NCBI GenBank assembly: GCA_030265395.1
Contig: JARFYF010000112.1
Span: forward strand, 79,086,820 to 79,150,819
DNA length: 64,000 nt
From: Rhina ancylostomus
Taxonomy: Eukaryota
Direction of reading: 5' to 3'
In this document: positions 27,391-41,330 of the stretch, one piece after another
Numbering within the stretch: position 1 is the stretch's first letter
Layout of the letters: each line of letters opens with the position of its first letter
Notes under the pieces: model-generated
The model's input: only the letters and a program-made list of their open reading frames with translations
What the model was told of the DNA's origin: nothing
The model's database searches: none
Program-made: the position numbers and the translations under genes

Positions 27391-27953
27391 GAAAATTATC
27401 ATATTGACTTTCTTACATATAATGGTGAGTCACCACATCAAATTGAAACAGGTCACCATGCAAGAATTGATTAATTATTGGACCTTGTGTTGAACTGAAC
27501 TTGTTTGAAGTATCATCCCCTGGAATCTACATTTCCAGTTCCTTGGAAATCCACAAAGGATTTCTGTAGTTATTGTTCACAAGGAGACAGACAAGCATAC
27601 AGATAGGTAGCCAAGCAGGCAGGCAGGCAGGCACACAGACAAACAGGTAGACAGACAGGAACACCAGTTAAAGTACCTCTGTCCCCTTTTGGGGTGGAGG
27701 TAATAAATTACTGAGATGTACTGCTTAGAGAACAGAAGAGTATCGCCACCAGTAAAATATTACTGTATTTGGGAATCAGCTTAAATCATATATTTAAGTC
27801 TGCACTAATATCTTCTCACAGTCAGTCAGTGACATTCCATTANNNNNNNNNNNNNNNNNNNNNNNNNNNNNNGTAAAAGTTAGAGAGTGAAACATGAACG
27901 AAATGCACCAAATTTTTCAAGTTAATGAAATAATGTAAAGAGGTTGTACTTAC

Positions 27954-28061
27954 CATGATTGTGGTGACTACTATGGTTCTGTTTTCAGCAGAGGACGATT
28001 CATTAACCTGCTGTAGTTCAGCCACAGTCACCAGTCTTTCGTATTCATTCCAGTACCCAAT
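27954..28061 (-). CDS. GRIA3: GluA3-like coding exon (exon 9 equivalent, ATD-LBD linker and start of S1)
   Basis: 108 nt, tttag|...|GTAAGT. Translates [44 protein letters not shown] and ENRTIVVTT are GluA3-type; N-glycosylation sequons NES and NRT. Confidence 0.94.
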
Positions 28062-28369
28062 CTAAAATCATCAGAGATTTGCACCTTATTAGTTCAAGTT
28101 CACTTGAAGTAAAAGTCCATGGAGCATAAAAAAGTTTCGAATGCAAACAATTACATATTGTTCTCATTCCGATGCAATTTCAGGAGCTGGCCTTTGCATG
28201 GATATATATCATTAGCCACAGGCCCAAAGAGAAAATATGTATTTCTAAATGGCAGGCAAAGGAATGGTAATTAAGTTAAAATTGACTGGTACCATTGATA
28301 AACATTTTGAAATTAGCCCTCAAACTTTTATCTAGTGAATATCAAACTAACTTCTCCAGTGATAGCAAT

Positions 28370-28810
28370 AGTTATCAGGAAATTGGCAGGATTGGAGAAT
28401 TCTAGCTACACGATTCAATGTGTTGCGGCTGTTTTCTTTCAAACTGCATTGATTCAGTGGAGACTTAATCAAGATGTACAAAATTATGAAGAGCTTAGAA
28501 ACAGTGGGTAGTAAGGATCAATTTCCTAAAGCAGAGAATGAAATAACAATGGATATAAAGCAAGTTATAGAAAGATTAGTGGCAAATCAAGGAAAAAATT
28601 CTCATCCGGAAGGGGGAGGCCTGGAACTTACTATCTGAAAGAGTGGAGAAGAGAGAAACACTCAAGAAGTTCCTAGATGAGAATGTGAAGTATTGAAACC
28701 TATAGGAGCATGGACTCAGAACAGGGGAGTGGGTTTAGGATGGATAGCCCTTTCGGCTGAATGAGTTAAATGAGATTCTTTTTTACTGCAATTTTCTGTG
28801 ATTCCATGAT
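28370..28810 (+). mobile_element. Degraded CR1 3' fragment
   Basis: ggagacttaatcaagatgtacaaaattatga (GDLI..YKIM) motif and CR1-like UTR. Confidence 0.55.
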
Positions 28811-31800
28811 GACATTAATAGAAAGCAAAGGTTTCTGAAGTATTAGTAAGATAAAAGTCTAAAAAATCTTTGAACGATTGTTTGAGGTGGGGGCCAACTA
28901 ACCTCCTTTCTATGTAAATTAGGGTCAGATATAGTAAGTGATTATTGTTAAGTAGATAATATACAAATAAATGTCATTGAACTGAAACATTAACCCTGCT
29001 TCTTCCTCTATTGATCCTGCCTGACCTACTTCCTACTTCCATTTCAGACTTCCAGAATCTACAATATTTTGCTTATGGACTAAATTGTTTATTTGTACTG
29101 CACATTGTTTAGTTTTTAATATATTAAGTGTACATATGTTTTGTATTTCTCATACTGTGTCTCATGGTGGCTGGGTACGCTGAATTGTTGAAGAGGCAAT
29201 AAGAAAGAGATTAGAAAGATGGCTATTCAAATCACAAGCATTAAGAGCAAGGAGGGATTCAAACATGAAGATGAAAATTTTACATTGGAGTTATTGAGGG
29301 CCCAGGAGCCAGTGTAAATCAGAAGGGAAACAAGTGATAGAGGTGCAGGATCTAGGTAGGATTGGGACAGTAGGTACTGTTGGAGCTGAAGGTTCACTGT
29401 GCTGAGGGTGAGAGGTTAACCAGCAGGATGGTGGAAAAGTCACATATGGAGAACTTCTTCAGCAAAAATGTAAAGAAGGCTGGATGGAAAATCTCAGTTT
29501 TACGAAGATGTTATGAGGTAGTCTTTGAAATGCAGAGGATGATTTGGAAGTGCAAGCCTGAGTTTAGTAGAATGCTGTAGTTGCAAGGAGCTTGCTCAAG
29601 GAAGGAGTAATGGAATTGGTACAGAATTTGTGACAGGAGACAACTTTTGATCTTCCCAGTGTCAAACTGATGGAAACTGAGTGTCATACAAAGCTGATTT
29701 TATACAAACTGCCTGACAGTGATGATTGCATGGAAGAGTTGAAAGAGGTGAGAGGGAGTTAGAGCTGACTTTCATCAGGCCTCCCATGTGATCCTATCAT
29801 GTGAAGGTTGGCCAAGAGGCTTAAAACCAGCTTTGGATGGCTCTCAAATGAGCAATGTTCTGATAAACTGAGGATACTGGGGCAAGAAGGCTAGGAGTAG
29901 CTTTCCTGTCCAGCTGCTAATATCCTTATATGTACTGGTGGGACCTGGCAACAGGATATTTTAAATAAGGTCCTCGCACTCCCATTTTGGGTAGGAATTA
30001 AATTATACAGCCCCCGCACTACCAATATATTTCCCTTCGAGGAGACTGTTCATATTCACTTCTGTAATGTTGCCTCCTTCCTCACTTTCCAGAGCCCCCT
30101 CCCAATACCCATGCCTTCATTGAGGCTCCTCCCATGTTCAAATGTTTCTATTTGGGCAGTTTCCTTGCTTGTCTCCTGTACTGTGCTCTCTTAGACTCTA
30201 AGATGTCCCAAACTCTGCAGCACGTCCTCACTCCAGTTAGTCCCATTCACCCATACTCTTGGCTCATCTAAGTTAGTTTTCCAGCCTCATCTTGAACTTA
30301 ACTTTCAAGCATCCTCCTTATATATGAGTTCACCCTGACAACTTCTAATTCTTTAATAGAGATTCCAAAGATGTATGGGTTAGAAGGTTGACATGGGTGT
30401 AATTGGGCAGCGCAGGGTCATTGGGCTGGAAGGGCCTCTGACAGTGCTGTATAAATAAAGTTCTAAGAAGTAAAGTTTAAAAAAACTGGGTGATTCCCAA
30501 TAGGGAAGTATTTTTGGCAACCAGGGAAAATAGGTTACACAAACTGAGTTACACAAATTTAATCTAGTATGTGCATTTCTTGGTGTTAGCTTTCCACATT
30601 TATACAAACAGATGATATGCACACTGGAGTAAAGGTTCCTCTTTGGGCACAAATCATCACTTCTGGGTGAAACCTGCTGCAGTTTTATTAATGCAGATGA
30701 AAATGGGATTAATCAAAAAAAGTGTGAATGGTCCACCACTTGTAAGTAAACTGGGAATAAATGATTGAAAACTATTTTACTATACTGAACTGCTTCCTAA
30801 TTTTATCAGCATACACTCAGTTTCTCAGTAAATTAAAAAGATTTTCATGTTTATATTTAAACGATTTAGAAGGCTTCCTACTGGTGCCTTTGTACCAAAA
30901 AAAAATTGCAAACAAAGACAATTCGTGGAAGCATCATGGTTATTAATAGATCTAGGGTGTGGGCTGTTTAGTGGGTGGCTTTTAGCAGAAAAGATGGCAG
31001 AAACTATTTACACGGAACATAATTTACATTTGACATTCATTAATCATTTGTGCTAATTTGGCCAATTTCACACTGAGAGCTGTGGAAACCACGGTGACTA
31101 GGTTTCTAACTCTCTCCACATTGAATTAAAAATCATGTCATCATTGACCTTGCCACAAGTGTCCACAGTTATAATGGAAACTGTAAATTTAAATTAGTCC
31201 ACTGTAATTACTCTCTGCAACCATTTGAGATGATGTAGTTTGTATCTGTCAGTTTATCAGCTTGGACTACAGTAAAATTCCTCAGCTCTATACCATATTG
31301 CACTTTACCCAAACGTGCTATTTCATTGTTAGTCTAGCCTTGGCTGGATCAAAGCTGATGAAGTCCAAGTCCCACTCCAGAGAGGAGAGCTCATAACCAA
31401 GGTTGATACTTCAGTGCAGTAGCCTCATAGGAATTGAAATAGATTGGTCAGTTCCTTCAGTGTAATTAGATCATGGCTGATTTGTACTTCAACTCCATTA
31501 CCCAACATAGCTCCTTACCCTTGAAACCAATGTCTAATAAAAATCTATTGATGTCCATTGTGAAAGCTCCACTTGCATTGATATTCAGTACCAAGGAAGT
31601 ACTTCTTTTCAGATTTAATATAGAATTGAAGACCCCTCTGCATCTCTTGATGACTGTGCAAGACTGTGTTTAGAAGTGCACCAGAGTTTTCCAATTACAG
31701 AAGTAATTCCTGTAGAAATATTTCCCTAGTCAGCGGTAGTAAATGTCTTATACAGTAGCTGCTGCGTGTTCTACTCCACTTCCAAAATTCATTTTCATTG

Positions 31801-32229
31801 ATTTCACTCCCTTGTCACTGATTCAGAATAATCAGACTACAACTGTGGTCCTTATTTGATGCTGAATTGAGTTTCTAAACACATATCCTTATGAAATAAA
31901 AGTTAACAACTTCCACCTCTGCAAAATCATCTGTCTCCACTCTGCCTCAGCTTTACTTCTGTCATAGCTTCATCCTTGCCACAGTCAACTCTTGACTCAT
32001 ATTTCAGTGGTACCCTGATCAATTTTCCATCTTTTAATTTACTTAAACTTATAATGGCATGGAAAGAGGCCATTCAGCCCATTGCTTTCATGCCAGCTAG
32101 TAGGGGAATTCATGTGCTTCATGAACATGCCATCAAAAACTCTGCTACCTATATTCTGTCCAAAATCAACTATTGTTTGTCCTTTGTTCTTGCCCTTGCT
32201 AACTTACAAGGATCCCCGACCTAATGGTT

Positions 32230-32600
32230 CTAATTTTAAATTACAGTCTTTACAATATCCCTTCATAGCCTGGCCTCTCCTAACCTTTTCCAACACCACA
32301 TCCACCAAATCTTTCCATTTCTCTGACTCTAGCCTCTTGTGTCTTCCTGATCCCTTTGCTCCACCATTGGTGTTGATGTCTTCAGCTGTCAAGCCTCTAA
32401 TCTCTGAAATTTCTGCCCTAAACTTCTTCACCTTTCAATGTCCCTCTCCTTCATCAAGATACTGCTTAAAATGTACCCCTTTGACATGTGTTTCATCATC
32501 TGTTGTCATAATGCCTAATGTGGTTTGGTAATAATTTGATAATGTTCATATGAAGCATTGTGAAGAGGAGTGGAAGGGAGGAGTTGCTACATTAAAGGTG
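32230..32600 (+). mobile_element. L2-like LINE/SINE 3' end
   Basis: L2-type tail (ctccaccattgg...ttcagctg...ct.cttaaaa); reverse-strand homologues at ~29200-29800 and ~47150-47640. Confidence 0.45.
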
Positions 32601-35600
32601 TTTCTAAATTAGTTTTACAGTGTCAAAGAGATTTATGCCTGAGGATGCCATTTTCCTCATCTGCCGATAAAAATTTCACCATCTTGAATGTGGACAATAC
32701 AATGCTACATTTTCATGTGATTGGGTCTACACGTTACTTCTGAGATTTTCATTGGAATGGGCTGCTCACACAATCTTTCACAAGGTTGGGTCTCCATCAG
32801 GCCCCCTAAGCCATTTGCCAGTATTGATCCCTCTGCCATCTTACACACCACCCCCAATTCACAATCTTTCTCCTACATCACTGACTAGCTACCTGGCTCA
32901 TCTTTGTCACCTGTCATTCAGTCCCCACAACCACTCTGAATACTGACCTATCACCCACCTATTAGACTGTCCCCGACCTCCAATAACTACTCCTGGTCTG
33001 CCCTCACTCCAAACGTTGGTAAAGTCTTAACAACTGACTTTCATCCCAACAGCCACCTGCTCTGACTTCTCTGATCCCAAGAAGCTGATCTCCACCCAAA
33101 GCCCAAATGTTGAGCCAGATTACTCATCTCCAGCAGCTCTCTAATGACCTCCCTGCTGGACTACCTCCTACTAAATCCCAGCAACCAACACCCATTCCTT
33201 ACTTACATCCAGCAGCTGATCTCCTGGCCTGACTCCCCCTATCCCTCTTTCATTATGGATTTCCCACCATTGATCTATGCTACCTATCCATGGCAGGCAA
33301 CCCTCACCCCCAACACATCTCCAACAGATGATCTCTAGGCCAATCCTCAACTACTACTGATTTCCCACCGCTGATTCTTCCTCCTGAATTCCTGTTGCCA
33401 AACTACAACCTTTCCCCAGTAGCTGATATCCCATTCCCATAACTCAACTGATCTCAGATTCTCAGGCTTCTTTCCCAGGATCAGTTCCATTCCATGATCT
33501 GGATGCTAATGTATTTGCCAAGACACCAGGGATGGTCACCATGGTCCCTTTGATGCAAGAGTCTCAACCAGAGAGAGCAGACGGAATTGTGGTTTAGTGT
33601 TTCACCACACCCTTTCCCATTCTGAAATAGAACCCAGTTTTGTGCCATTGAAATTCTGCAGTGTACTATGCCTGCAGTTGAAATTGTATGGTCCTGTGAT
33701 AGTGGCTTGAAAATCCTCAAGGGTTGATGTAAATTTAAAGCAGCATCAAAAAAATAATTCTGGCGGTATTTCAGCTGTCAGTTACAAATCAAGTCAATAG
33801 AAATTAAGATTGGGCTCTATACAAAACCGGTGGCCAATCTGATTCAATCAGTTTCCCTTTTTGTGTGATCAAGTGAATTAGGTTAAAACATTCCCTAGGC
33901 TATACTAAGTGAACTGGACTAGGATTTAGCTTCCTTGCATTTATCTCACGGATCCACCAAACTAGTTTTCCACTAATTGGATACATAAACACACACAGAC
34001 ATATCAAAGAATAATATTGTTAGGTTTTGGAGATCAGACACACGTTATAATCTAAAGCATTCAGTGTGTATCTTAAAACACCCTTGAACTCATATACTTA
34101 TTTTGAATCAGGATCTGAATTATGAATTCAATTACAAAGTTTAAAGCATATCTGCAGTAGTGCATTATTAACAAAAAAAGCTATTTTCTATTTTTATAGA
34201 TCAGTACCAATGTATCTAAACGTCAATTTATGATTCTAATGGCTTTCAGGCAAAACATCCAGACCTACTTTCTATATAAAAATATGGATATCGTTCTTCA
34301 TTACATACTCAGGGTTTTAGAAACAACTATTACTTGAAGCCTTCTCCTGAAGTATTACAAAGGAAATGAATGAATAGTCTATACCAAATAACAAAGACTT
34401 AGTCATGTGCTCAGAACATGCCACCCAGAGGAGTAATTTGTCCTTCATCTCCTTTGATAAACATGTAATTTGGTAGTGCCTCTGTGTTGTTCTATACTTC
34501 TAAAATTCAGTTCTAGTGAAGTTACTCAAACTGAATAAATGAATTTTGGAAATGAAGTACAATATGCAGTGGCTATCAAGTGGTAAACAGCGCAAGAAAC
34601 CAGGGCAACTTTCTGCTCCTAGGTTTTGAATGATGTGGCCTCATTAAAGCCAATCCACCATTAATCAGAAGCACACTTTCATTTCTCCTTTCAAATTTGT
34701 TTTGAGAGCCCGTTATGATTCTTGGTCTGTTTTCTGGGACTTCTTAAAACTCATGCTTTGGGTGGATCTTTAGAGAGGGTCAATCAGCAAGTTCATCTGG
34801 GAAACTATCATCCATCCCTTCCCTGACTTTCACACACTTGCACTTTGTGTAAAGTCACAGTAATAAATAAGAATAGTAGGTATTACTAAGGACTTTTCTT
34901 CTCCAGCTTAGCAGTGAGGCCCTGGCTGAAGTATTTCATTTCTATCATTATCTTACTGGAGGTAAACTAACTCAACACAGATCAGAGATTAAATTTGGGA
35001 TGTTTGTTGTTTATATGATTCAACAGGTGGTTCAATTGCCAGCTCAATTATTCAACAGAACTCTGTCTAAAAAAATCTGGCAATACTCCTGCAGAAACAA
35101 ACTGTGCCTTGCTCATTGTTGTTGCACCAAAAATGATTGAAAGCAGGCAGTTGGATCAATTTGGACTATTGCTTTGGCTCATGCTTAAGTGTGGATCATT
35201 GTTCAATGCTGTGCATTCTGCAAAAGAAACAGGCTGCATAATGATTGATAGATTTGGGTCAGTATCTAATAACAAGAAAAATGTAGACCTCTTAATTCAG
35301 TGGAGTCTGTGCATGATCTTAATTTAACTTTAAAAGGAAGTTATTGATTTTTTCCCTCTACAGTAATATTGTTCTTTAATAAAATATTAATTTGGCTTGT
35401 AAATAAATTTAGCTTTAAAGTGCAATTATATCTTGGCAGACATTGGGTCAGACCTGTGATTAAAACAAATTGTCAATGATATTTTTTGACAGGGCCAGTG
35501 TTTCTTTGTAGTCCTCTTGACTGCACTTATTTGCTTCATTTGGGAATATTTCGTCAAGTAGCAAGTGAGAAGTCTCATGTTTCATTCTTGTGTTAAGACA

Positions 35601-35889
35601 CAGCTCGGGTAAGCATCTTAGAACACTCAAGAGTCATAGAGCAATACAGTACAGAAAAAGGCCCTTCAGTCCAATTAGTTCATGCCAACTAGGATGACCA
35701 TCTAAGCTAGTCCCATTTTCCCACATTTGGCCCATAGTCCTCTAAACTTCAAGATCTAAATATCAAGAAATTCAATACCTTCCAAAACAAAGCAGTTTGT
35801 TTGACTAGCATCCCATCCATAACCTAAAACATTAATTTCCACCACCAACGATGGATTGTGGCTACAGCACATGCTGCCTAGAGCACTAA

Positions 35890-37940
35890 ATGAGGTAGCC
35901 AAGGAAATAGTGGATGCATTAGTTATCATTTTCCAGAATTCTATATATTATGGAATAATTCCAGCAGACAGGGGTTAAATAAATGTCGTCCTGCTATTTA
36001 AAAAAAAGGAAGGAGAAATAACACAGTAAACAATAAACCACATTAATTTCACAGATGATCTGTTCTGGGCCCAGGCACATACATGCAATCATGAAGGTGG
36101 TGCACCAGCGCTACTACTTTCCAAGAAACTTAAGAAGACTTGGCATGTCTCCAAAGACTCTAACAAGCTTCTAAAGATGCATTGTTAACGGTATCTTGAC
36201 TAGTTGCATCATGGCCTGGTACGGCAATTCCAAAGCTCAGGAACGTAAGAGGCTGCAAAGGATAGTGGACACAGCCTAGTCCATCATGGGCACAGTCCTC
36301 CCCACCATTGACAGCATCTACTGCCTTAAGAAGGTGGCATCTATCTTCAAGGATCCCCATCATCTGGGTCATGCCTTCTTCTTAATACCACTGTCAGGCA
36401 GGAGATACAGAAACCTGAAGTCCCACACCACCAGGTTCAGGGGCAGCTGTTTTCCTACAATCATCAGGTTCTTGAACTGACCCGCACAATGCTAACCTTA
36501 GCACAAAAACTGAACACTATGGACCACCTCTTGCACTACCATGGACTTGTAAAATTTATGTATAGTTTCTGTTCTGTGTGTTGTCTGTACCTACTCTATG
36601 TGCCTGTGATGCTGTTGCAAGCAATTTTTTCATTGTACCTGCACCTCACTGCATTTGTGCACTGACAATAAACTCAACTTGACTTGACCGGTTAACCTAC
36701 AGTCTGTAGAGGGGAAAATGCAAGAGTCTATTGTAAAGAATGAGATCAAAGGGATTAAACAATTTCAACATGAATTTCTAAATTATGTTTTGAAAACATT
36801 TTGGAGTTTTTTTTAAGGAAGTAACTTCCTTAAAGTTACTTTTTAAGGACGTAACTTAGGTAAGGGGGAAACAGTGGGTGTGGTGTACTTGGATCTTCAG
36901 GAAGATTTTGATACCTACATAAATGATTAGTGCATGAAATTAAGGTGCTTGATACTGGAGGTCATATATTGGCATGGATGGAAAATTAATTGACTGACAG
37001 GAAATGAGAAAAGGAAGAAATGGGTCTTTTTTGGGATGGCAGGCAGTGAGATTCTGCAGGGATCTGTGCTTGGGCAATATCTGTTTATAGTATGATTATA
37101 ATGATTTAGATTAAGTCACCAAATATAATACTTCAAAGTTTGCTGATAATACTAAACTGGGTGGAATTATGAACTGTGAGGAGGATGCACAGAGGTTTCA
37201 TGGCAACTTAGACAGTTTTAGTGAGTGTGCAAAAGACAGGGTAGATGCAGTATAACATGGATAAATGTGAATTTGCCCCCATCAGTTGGAAAAAGAGAAA
37301 GGAGGCTTATTATTTGAATGATATTATATTGTGAAATGTATACACACACATGCATATATGTGAGAGAGAGAGCGAGACAGACAGACAGACAGACTTGGGC
37401 ATCCATGTACACCAGTCAATGAAAGGGAACATTCAAGTGCAGAAAGGAAGTGGTATGCTAGCTTTCATATAGTAAAGGACTTGAGAACAGGACCAAGGAA
37501 GTTTTGCTTCAGTTTTGTCAGGGCTTGGTAAGGCCAGAGTTGTAGTACTGTGCACAGTTTTGGTCTTCTCATCTAAAGGAGAATATATTTGCCTGTGTGC
37601 AACAAGACCGATTCCTGGGATGGTGGGACTGACACGTGAGGAGAAGTCCACTAGGATTCATTAGAGTTTAGAAGACGAATGAGAGGGTATCTTCTGATAG
37701 GGCTTGACAGCCTGTAAGTGGGAGCCTATAGAATTTGTCATCACCGAGGGTTGTAGATGCCAAGTCACTCAATATTTTTTAAACAGATAAGTGAATTTCT
37801 CAGTGGAAAAGGCATCAAAGCGAATGAGAGAGAACAGGAATAAAAAATAGGGATAGGTCATTAGCCATAATCATACTGAATATGGAGAAGGCTTAAAGGA
37901 TTGAATGGCCTTCTCCAGCTCCTATTTTCCATGCTTCTGT
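35890..37940 (+). mobile_element. Old CR1 LINE (RT region to 3' end), interrupted by a Rex1-like insert
   Basis: IIFQNS..NVVLLFKK before 36050, resuming after 36690 with GKMQESIV, VYLDLQ and SKFADNTKLGG; CR1 tail near 37930. Confidence 0.75.
36052..36688 (+). mobile_element. Rex1/Babar-like LINE 3' fragment
   Basis: HQRYYF.RNLRRLGMSPKTLTSF..CIVNGILTSCIMAWYGNS and LSGRRYRNLKSHTTRFRGSCFP; tail aataaactcaacttgacttga. Confidence 0.78.
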
Positions 37941-40361
37941 GTCTGGAATTTGCACTGCATTTACATGTGAAGACTGCTTGATGGTACCTTCTAAGCCTGC
38001 AACTTTGACCATTTAAGGAAAAAGGCAGCATGGATAAGGGAATGCTACCACAATTTCCCTCCAAATCATCAGAATATGTCACTGTTCCTTCTTCACTGCT
38101 GGTCAAAATCCTGGAACTCCCTGATTAACAGCACCATGAATGTATTTTCACCACACGGGCTGCAGTGTGCAAGCTGATGGCTCACTGCCACTCTCTCAAT
38201 GGCAATAAATGATGACCTCACTGGCAATGCCTACATCCCATAAGAGAATGAAATGGGCAGCTAAAGTCCCTAAATCACACTTATTTTAGCACAATGTGCT
38301 GTAGTGTTGGGAGATCTAACCATGAACAATATGGCTGTAAACTAAACAATTAAAAAATAAAATGGTTAAAATAATTATAATAATTGTGGACATGCTTAGC
38401 TATTGGCTGTTGGTAATTTGAATAGTTAAAAATGAGTACTTTATCTTTGGAGGAATAATTGAGCTTGACAGAGCAAAGGATTTAAATTGTCACGAGCAAA
38501 TTAATCATTGACCTAGGCTGCTTTCATAGTCATGTTATTTCAGCCTCCTCAATTTGGAACTCCCCCAAATGACTCATCAGAACTCAGTGCCTAAACACAA
38601 ATAATTCTTTGTACATAAATCAACAAAAATAGAGAGGTTGGGTGGAATTCAACAACTATGGACCCTGGGTTAATACTGTGGACAATTCTAGAGAAAGGGT
38701 TAGAATGTTCCTTTAGAAATCTCTCCATCTATTATTAACAGAATTAATAACTGATTTCCAATTATCTTATATTCACTTTTTAATATCCTATGGAGCAATT
38801 TCAGAGCTTTTTCATTGGAATATATGATGGTGATGATTAAATGCTTGCAACAGTAGCTAAAGTTACTCACACACCTACTCTTACAGGGCTATACTTCCAT
38901 GTGCACTGTCACCACTGACTAAATTACCAAAGAGATCATTCTTTATCAGTGTTGAAAAGCTATATACGGAAAACGTTTGTAAAAAACTGTTTCAGAGGTC
39001 ATTTAATTACTTAGCAGTTATTGTCTATATAGCCATGGAAACCATGGTAATTGGTTAAAAGTGAAGCCTATTTAATTGGTAAACAAACAGGATATGCTCA
39101 AAAAACATATCCATGAAAACTAAGTTTCTGTTAATGCATCTGAAATCTTTCTGAGATATACTGGTGTTAACCATAATGGCTCAGAGGCCCTTGTAGACAT
39201 ATTAAGGGAGGAGACAGCAGGGGTGTTGGATCTACTGGCAACGGATCTAAAGAGGTAAGTGTGGGAAAATGTTTGAGAAGCAACAGCAGAAAGCAAAAAA
39301 TGCCAAGTATTTTGGCAGCAAACTCATGAGGAGAAAAGCATGGCGGACAATACATGCTGAAATAGGGACGCAAAGTCTACAAAGACCCAATGCAATACTG
39401 TTCAGAATGAATTGGCCTTTGTTGCAGCTGTTTTTAAATATCAGTTTGTTGGGTTTGAGGGTTAGCCTGGAGATAGCAGGAACCCAATTATCAGGCTCAA
39501 TTCCCCCACACCAGTCACCCCCGGACAGTTGCTCCTGACTTCAAGCTTGTGTTTAAAATCCTCCAATTCATTACCAAAGCTTATTTCAATGCTGGCACAT
39601 CATCCAAGCTAAGCATTACAGAGATGGCCACCCAATTAACTGGCAAGCTGCTTCAAGTGCTTTTAAGGCAATGATCTGCTCTCCAACTCAATGAAATTGA
39701 GGCACATTTTGGAGAAAGCTTCAGCCTGCCACTTTTGGATGTGCTGCTAAGAAGATTGTTCATTTTGTGTTGGAAACCAGTGAAAACCAATTTCTCAGCT
39801 GCATCATCTGTTTCAAAATGAGCGTAACCTTTACTATTTTATCTCACGTAACTCAGAACTTTTCACTTTTGCAGAATAGGAAAGTCTGAGTCAGTGAAAT
39901 CAATTACAAAGCATAACTTTTATTTCCCATTGTACAGCACAAGTCCATGGGGGAATAGTGTTTCACAATGACGATTAGGTTAATGCCATGGATAATAACT
40001 CTCAACTGACAAGGACTGGGTGCATTGCTCACCCACACAAGACACATTCAAAACAAAGAAAATAACATTTTTGTTTTTTTTTGTTCTTAACTAGCTAATA
40101 AGGTTGAAATTGCAGTAAGATTCACTTTTGATTCCCAGGGTTAAGTGAATTATATCTGAGTGAATAATGGCCATTCTGGAAATTCATTGTTCGGGATCCA
40201 TAAAACTAAACCCAGTCGGCACTAATGAACAAAAGTGAGCAGACTAATAAAAGGCCTGCAAGTCTTAGAATACAATAAACACATGTCAGAAACATCATTT
40301 GCAGATATCTTAACAAGCAAACCTGTTTTAATTTAAATGAAAATGCTTTAACTAGACCTAC

Positions 40362-40466
40362 CTTCCGAGGACCAGTAGGTCTCAGCTCATAAACATCGAT
40401 GGTGTAGTTTGACCTTCGCCCATAGTTATCAAATTGTAGGTTTCCAGTCAGCCCTCGACCTCGTAC
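40362..40466 (-). CDS. GRIA3: GluA3-like coding exon (exon 8 equivalent)
   Basis: 105 nt, tgcag|...|GTAGGT, phase 0/0. Translates [43 protein letters not shown] is GluA3-type. Confidence 0.93.
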
Positions 40467-40944
40467 CTGCACACATAGAATAACAGATANNNNNNNNNNN
40501 NNNNNNNNNNNNNNNNNNNNNNNNNNNNNNNNNNNNNNNNNNNNNNNNNNNNNNNNNNNNNNNNNNNNNNNNNNNNNNNNNNNNNNNNNAACAGATATAT
40601 GGTGACATACTGCTAATGAAACTGTTTCATTTGAACCAACGAAAACAAATTGCAGATTGAAATTTCATGAGTTATGCCATTGAAGATATTGGGGAAGGTC
40701 ACCACAGTTGGGGTCCTGGAACTTCACATGGCATTTGCCTGAACAGAAAGTGGAAAGGGCCTATCTTTAGTATAATTGTTATCATTTTAAGAGAGAATCC
40801 ATTTAACATTTGTCAGATTAAGCTGCAAATAAAATGTTCTCCAGACTATTTAGACATTTATAGTCGCCATAAAGAGGCTTTAAAAAATGCTTTGATCATC
40901 ATGTTACTAAAAAAGTTCTCCATCCACATTTTATTTATTTTTCA

Positions 40945-41330
40945 GGATGTACATGTCACCAGGAAGATCAATATTTATTGCCCATCCCAAATTGCCCCTT
41001 GAGAAGGTGGTAGTAAGGTACCTATAACTGAGTGGCTTATAGAGAACATTTAGAATTAATCATGTGGGATGGGTCTGGAGTTACATAAATGCCAGGCCAG
41101 ATAAGGATGGCAGATTTCCTCTCCTGACAGACATTAATGAACCATTTGGGTTTTTACCAAAATCCAGTATTTTTTTGTGGTCACCATTACTGAGACTAGT
41201 TGTAGTTTTCCCAAGTTCCAGATTAATAATACATTCCATAGCTGCAGTGGTGGAATTTGAACTCAGGTCTCTGGATCGCTAGCCCAGAACACTGAATTAT
41301 TACTCTGGTAAATTAACTGCTATGCAACCA
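40945..41330 (-). mobile_element. Old SINE (family A)
   Basis: Reverse homologue of 3335-3680 (gggtctggagttaca...aggccagataaggatggcagatttcct...gacattaatgaacca). Confidence 0.65.

Noticed and set aside
32820-33480. C-rich strand-biased segment with recurrent ctgatc/ctgact words
   Set aside because: No clear periodicity or ORF; probably a decayed low-complexity or repeat region.
40482-40597. aacagata repeated on both sides of the 100-N gap next to exon 8
   Set aside because: Most likely contig-end overlap from assembly.
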